NCBI GenBank assembly: GCA_964446205.1
Contig: CAYUNZ010000002.1
Span: forward strand, 1-48,693
Direction of reading: 5' to 3'
Source of the DNA: an uncultured Desulfohalobiaceae bacterium
Lineage (GTDB): Bacteria; Desulfobacterota; Desulfovibrionia; Desulfovibrionales; Desulfothermaceae
Length of the DNA stretch: 48,693 nucleotides
Both the position numbers and the translations under genes were made by a program. Every line of letters begins with the position of its first letter. The first letter of the stretch is position 1. Under the pieces are notes generated by a model. The model did not search any database and was not told the DNA's origin. It saw nothing but the letters and a program-made list of their open reading frames with translations. Positions 46,320-48,693 of the stretch are shown here, piece by piece.

Positions 46320-46667
46320 ATGTGGTCAGTCTGCACATTAAACGAAACAGTTGAAAAAGAACTTTGGGCATTACCAGCTGAAATACAAGCTCGGTTTTTC
46401 AGAATAGCTGAATTGATTGAAAATCACGGACTTCCAAATGTAGGGTTGCCCTATATCAAGCATGTCCAGGATGAAATTTGAGAGATCCGCATCTCAGGGA
46501 AAGATAAAATAGGGCGTGGACTTTACGTTTCACTTAGCGGGCAAAGAGTTGTCCTTCTCCGCTTTTTTATTAAAAAGACTCAAAAAACACCTAAGAAAGA
46601 AATTAAATTAGCCAAAGAAAGATTGAGATTGTTAAGTAATGAAAACATTACAGGAATTAAAAAGTGA
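46320..46667 (+). pseudogene. HigB/Gp49-like (RelE/ParE superfamily) toxin gene interrupted by an in-frame TGA at 46479-46481
   Basis: Reading through the TGA gives ...IKHVQDEI*EIRISGKDKIGRGLYVSLSGQRVVLLRFFIKKTQKTPKKEIKLAKERL. The stop sits where this family has the Trp of the LWE[IL]R motif, so a single TGG>TGA change is likely. The 3' end overlaps the higA start. Confidence 0.65.
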
Positions 46668-46917
46668 GGCAATTCAAGATTCTGGGTTTAAGGCCGAGTA
46701 TGATAAACTTGAACCTGAATTCAGCCTTGCGTCAATGCTTATCGCAGCCAGATCGAGAGCGGGCCTTACTCAAGAACAGCTTGCTCAGCGAATAGGTATG
46801 AAACAAGCTAGCATTGCACGTATAGAATCTGGCAAATATAACCCCAGCCTCAAAACTTTACAAAAATACGCAAAGGCCACAGGTAATGAGCTAGAAGTCA
46901 AAATGGTTCCCAAATAG
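46639..46917 (+). CDS. higA: XRE-family HTH antitoxin, HigA-like
   Basis: 92 aa with HTH LTQEQLAQRIGMKQASIARIESGKYNPSLKTL. Lies immediately downstream of, and overlapping, the toxin frame. Confidence 0.75.
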   Translation: MKTLQELKSEAIQDSGFKAEYDKLEPEFSLASMLIAARSRAGLTQEQLAQRIGMKQASIARIESGKYNPSLKTLQKYAKATGNELEVKMVPK

Positions 46918-46975
46918 CGTACAGAGAGTAAAGTTACTCTATTGAAGTAAGGATAATGGGACAAGATGTTGACAT

Positions 46976-48610
46976 TCAGTTAGGGTAAGGTATAGGTGGA
47001 TCACCGTATAAATCCTCAAGCCGACGGACCAACCATTGCAAATCTTGACTATTGGTTATGGAGTAAGTCCCCTGAATTTTGGGAAGTGAATCAGGTGGAT
47101 TGTTTTTCAAGGTGTCATAGATATCTTCGCGGTCGTCTATAAAGTATTGAGTAGTAAGGGTAATATAATTATTCATCCTTTGCTGTATATCCTTGTCCGC
47201 CTTTTTCCAAAGGGCGTTTCTAAGATGGACATCGAAAAGGATATTGAACTCTGTGAGTTCCTGTATGGAAAAACCTTCGACAAAGCGATAGGTACATATG
47301 ATCTGATTGTAATCTGTTAAAAAGGAACGGTCCCTATTGCGTATGGCCAGGGCAAACAATTGAAAGATAAGATAGATATATCTGGTGACTACTTCCTTGT
47401 CCATTTTTTGATAGTTGGGGAAGCGATAATATTGTTGGGGATTTAGAAGGTCTGTCAAAACATTATGGACAACCTCCTCCCTGACTTCATACATGATTTG
47501 ATAGATTTGTATGCTTCGTCTATAAGCAACCCTTTGTTCCAGGAGAATTTGATTTCTAAAATGCCAGTTGTTTGTATAAATGATTTTGTTTTCCACCAAA
47601 AACAGGAGCCGCCGTAAGAGTGAGTAGCGGAGTTTGGGTTGCCAACTCAATTGGTCATAGGTCCAAGAAGGGTCAACATTTAATTGTTTGTCCAAATAAT
47701 TTCCCATCCAGGGACGTAAAAAGGTTTCCTTATTAAAAAGTCGACAAAGACCTGAATAGAGGTAAAGACCGGTTTTGGCTATCTTACCGGGCAAATGCCT
47801 TGGGTATCGTGGTTCATTGTAAAAATATCGGGTTGCTGTTTCATATATTTCGTTTAGGTTTACTGCCTTGGGTTGACTTGCAATATATACTCCAATTTGT
47901 GGCAATGATTGGCTTTTTCTGATTAAGTTATAGACAAAGTCAATAACGTCTTTTATGTGGATATATGGTATAGCAAAGTAACCTTTACCTCCGATAAAAT
48001 TTGAGAGAGGGTTCTTGGACAACCACGTTTCAAGAAATATATAAAGAGGTGGGTATTCACACCAGTCACTAAAGACCGCTGCCAACCTAATGATAGTACA
48101 TGGTATTTTGTTGGAAAAACGTTCAATAAATGTTTCAGCTTTAGCTTTACTTCGGGCATAAGGAAAATCAGCTGTTAGCGGAGTTTCTTCAGTGATTACC
48201 TCTCCTTTCTCCGGAAACTTACAACCAGCCAGAGAGCTGGAGAAGAAAAATCTTTTGGCCCCGATTTGCTCAGCCATTTTAAGTGTGTTTTCGGTTCCTT
48301 GAATATTGGTCTTGGTATAGGCAGGGTGATCCTTTTGGCTGAAATCATAATAACCAGCCAGATGAAGGACATAATCGGCTCCCCCAAGGTCTTTCAGGCG
48401 TGTACTTACCTGGTTTAGTTGTTCCCATTCACCGATATCTGCCTGGAACCAGGATATGTTCTTGTGGACTGGAATGCCGACCTCTTTTTGTGAACGTCTG
48501 GCAATACAAAAAATCTTATAGTCATTACAGGCTGCTATAACAAAGTGCCTGCCTATAAAACCTGAGGCACCAGTAACTACAATTTGAGGTAGATTATTGC
48601 TGTCTTTCAT
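46976..48610 (-). CDS. Extended SDR (NAD-dependent epimerase/dehydratase-like) fused to a ~220-aa C-terminal helical domain of unknown function
   Basis: VVTGASGFIGRH Rossmann motif and catalytic YARSK. The C-terminal half shows no motif I recognise. The start could be the ATG at 48610 (MKDSNN) or the GTG at 48637. Confidence 0.7.
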   Translation of the reverse strand: MKDSNNLPQIVVTGASGFIGRHFVIAACNDYKIFCIARRSQKEVGIPVHKNISWFQADIGEWEQLNQVSTRLKDLGGADYVLHLAGYYDFSQKDHPAYTKTNIQGTENTLKMAEQIGAKRFFFSSSLAGCKFPEKGEVITEETPLTADFPYARSKAKAETFIERFSNKIPCTIIRLAAVFSDWCEYPPLYIFLETWLSKNPLSNFIGGKGYFAIPYIHIKDVIDFVYNLIRKSQSLPQIGVYIASQPKAVNLNEIYETATRYFYNEPRYPRHLPGKIAKTGLYLYSGLCRLFNKETFLRPWMGNYLDKQLNVDPSWTYDQLSWQPKLRYSLLRRLLFLVENKIIYTNNWHFRNQILLEQRVAYRRSIQIYQIMYEVREEVVHNVLTDLLNPQQYYRFPNYQKMDKEVVTRYIYLIFQLFALAIRNRDRSFLTDYNQIICTYRFVEGFSIQELTEFNILFDVHLRNALWKKADKDIQQRMNNYITLTTQYFIDDREDIYDTLKNNPPDSLPKIQGTYSITNSQDLQWLVRRLEDLYGDPPIPYPN

Positions 48611-48638
48611 AATAACCGAAATATCCAGAGACGGCACT

Positions 48639-48693
48639 ACGAAGCATGAAAAGCTCCCGATAACCTTCTAAAATTATTCTTATAAATTTTCAT
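48639..48693 (-). repeat. Heptamer-array repeat, copy G (tail end, inverted, truncated by the window edge)
   Basis: The reverse complement reads ...AGAAGGTTATCGGGAGCTTTTCATGCTTCGTAGTGCC. This carries the conserved tail TTTTCATGCTTCGT and abuts the start of the minus-strand SDR gene. Confidence 0.55.

Noticed and set aside
46479-46481. TGA in the higB-like gene as a third selenocysteine or a Trp-recoded codon
   Set aside because: The position corresponds to a structural Trp, not a redox Cys. I saw no SECIS-like hairpin. TGA serves as a genuine stop for several well-supported genes in this window, so an alternative genetic code is excluded.
1-48693. Search by eye for tRNA, rRNA, tmRNA, integrase, transposase or classical defence genes (restriction enzymes, helicase-nuclease systems, cas genes)
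   Set aside because: None recognised. All long ORFs are accounted for by metabolic, transport or signalling functions. Small structured RNAs cannot be excluded without covariance-model searches.

Overview
This is a 48.7-kb chromosomal window of about 40% G+C, next to the replication origin (dnaA plus an AT-rich DnaA-box region). By inference from gene content, the source is an obligately anaerobic, selenocysteine-using, aromatic-compound-degrading bacterium of Desulfobacterales/Geobacter type.

Gene content, left to right:
- Housekeeping genes: HAD hydrolase, DUF89 phosphatase, FAD oxidoreductase, acylphosphatase.
- dnaA with a candidate oriC, then fhs.
- An 8-gene redox cluster. It looks like the tungsten/selenium class II benzoyl-CoA reductase core (BamBCDEF-like, with two in-frame UGA selenocysteine codons that split the ORF track). 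It is joined directly to etfBA and a membrane Fe-S oxidoreductase.
- A small AbrB-like + GNAT gene pair.
- A ~5.5-kb block of clearly higher G+C: an alpha/beta hydrolase and a LivFGMHK-type ABC transporter.
- An aryl-CoA ligase.
- A ~17-kb signalling region: HDOD, GAF-PP2C, XRE-PAS, an unusual soluble MCP-like/CheZ-like protein, STAS, CheY, CheA, MCP, CheW, CheR, REC, CheD, CheB, REC, Hpt.
- A higB-like toxin gene interrupted by TGA, with an intact higA.
- An SDR fusion protein.

I saw no rRNA, tRNA, CRISPR array, transposase or integrase.

The most striking non-coding signal is a family of ~110-185-bp intergenic repeats built from inverted arrays of 7-bp GTNNACC/GGTNNAC units. There are at least 7 copies. 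Six sit directly upstream of a start codon in the same orientation, and one supplies the stop codon of a gene.

All calls come from reading the translations and sequence by eye. No database search was run.
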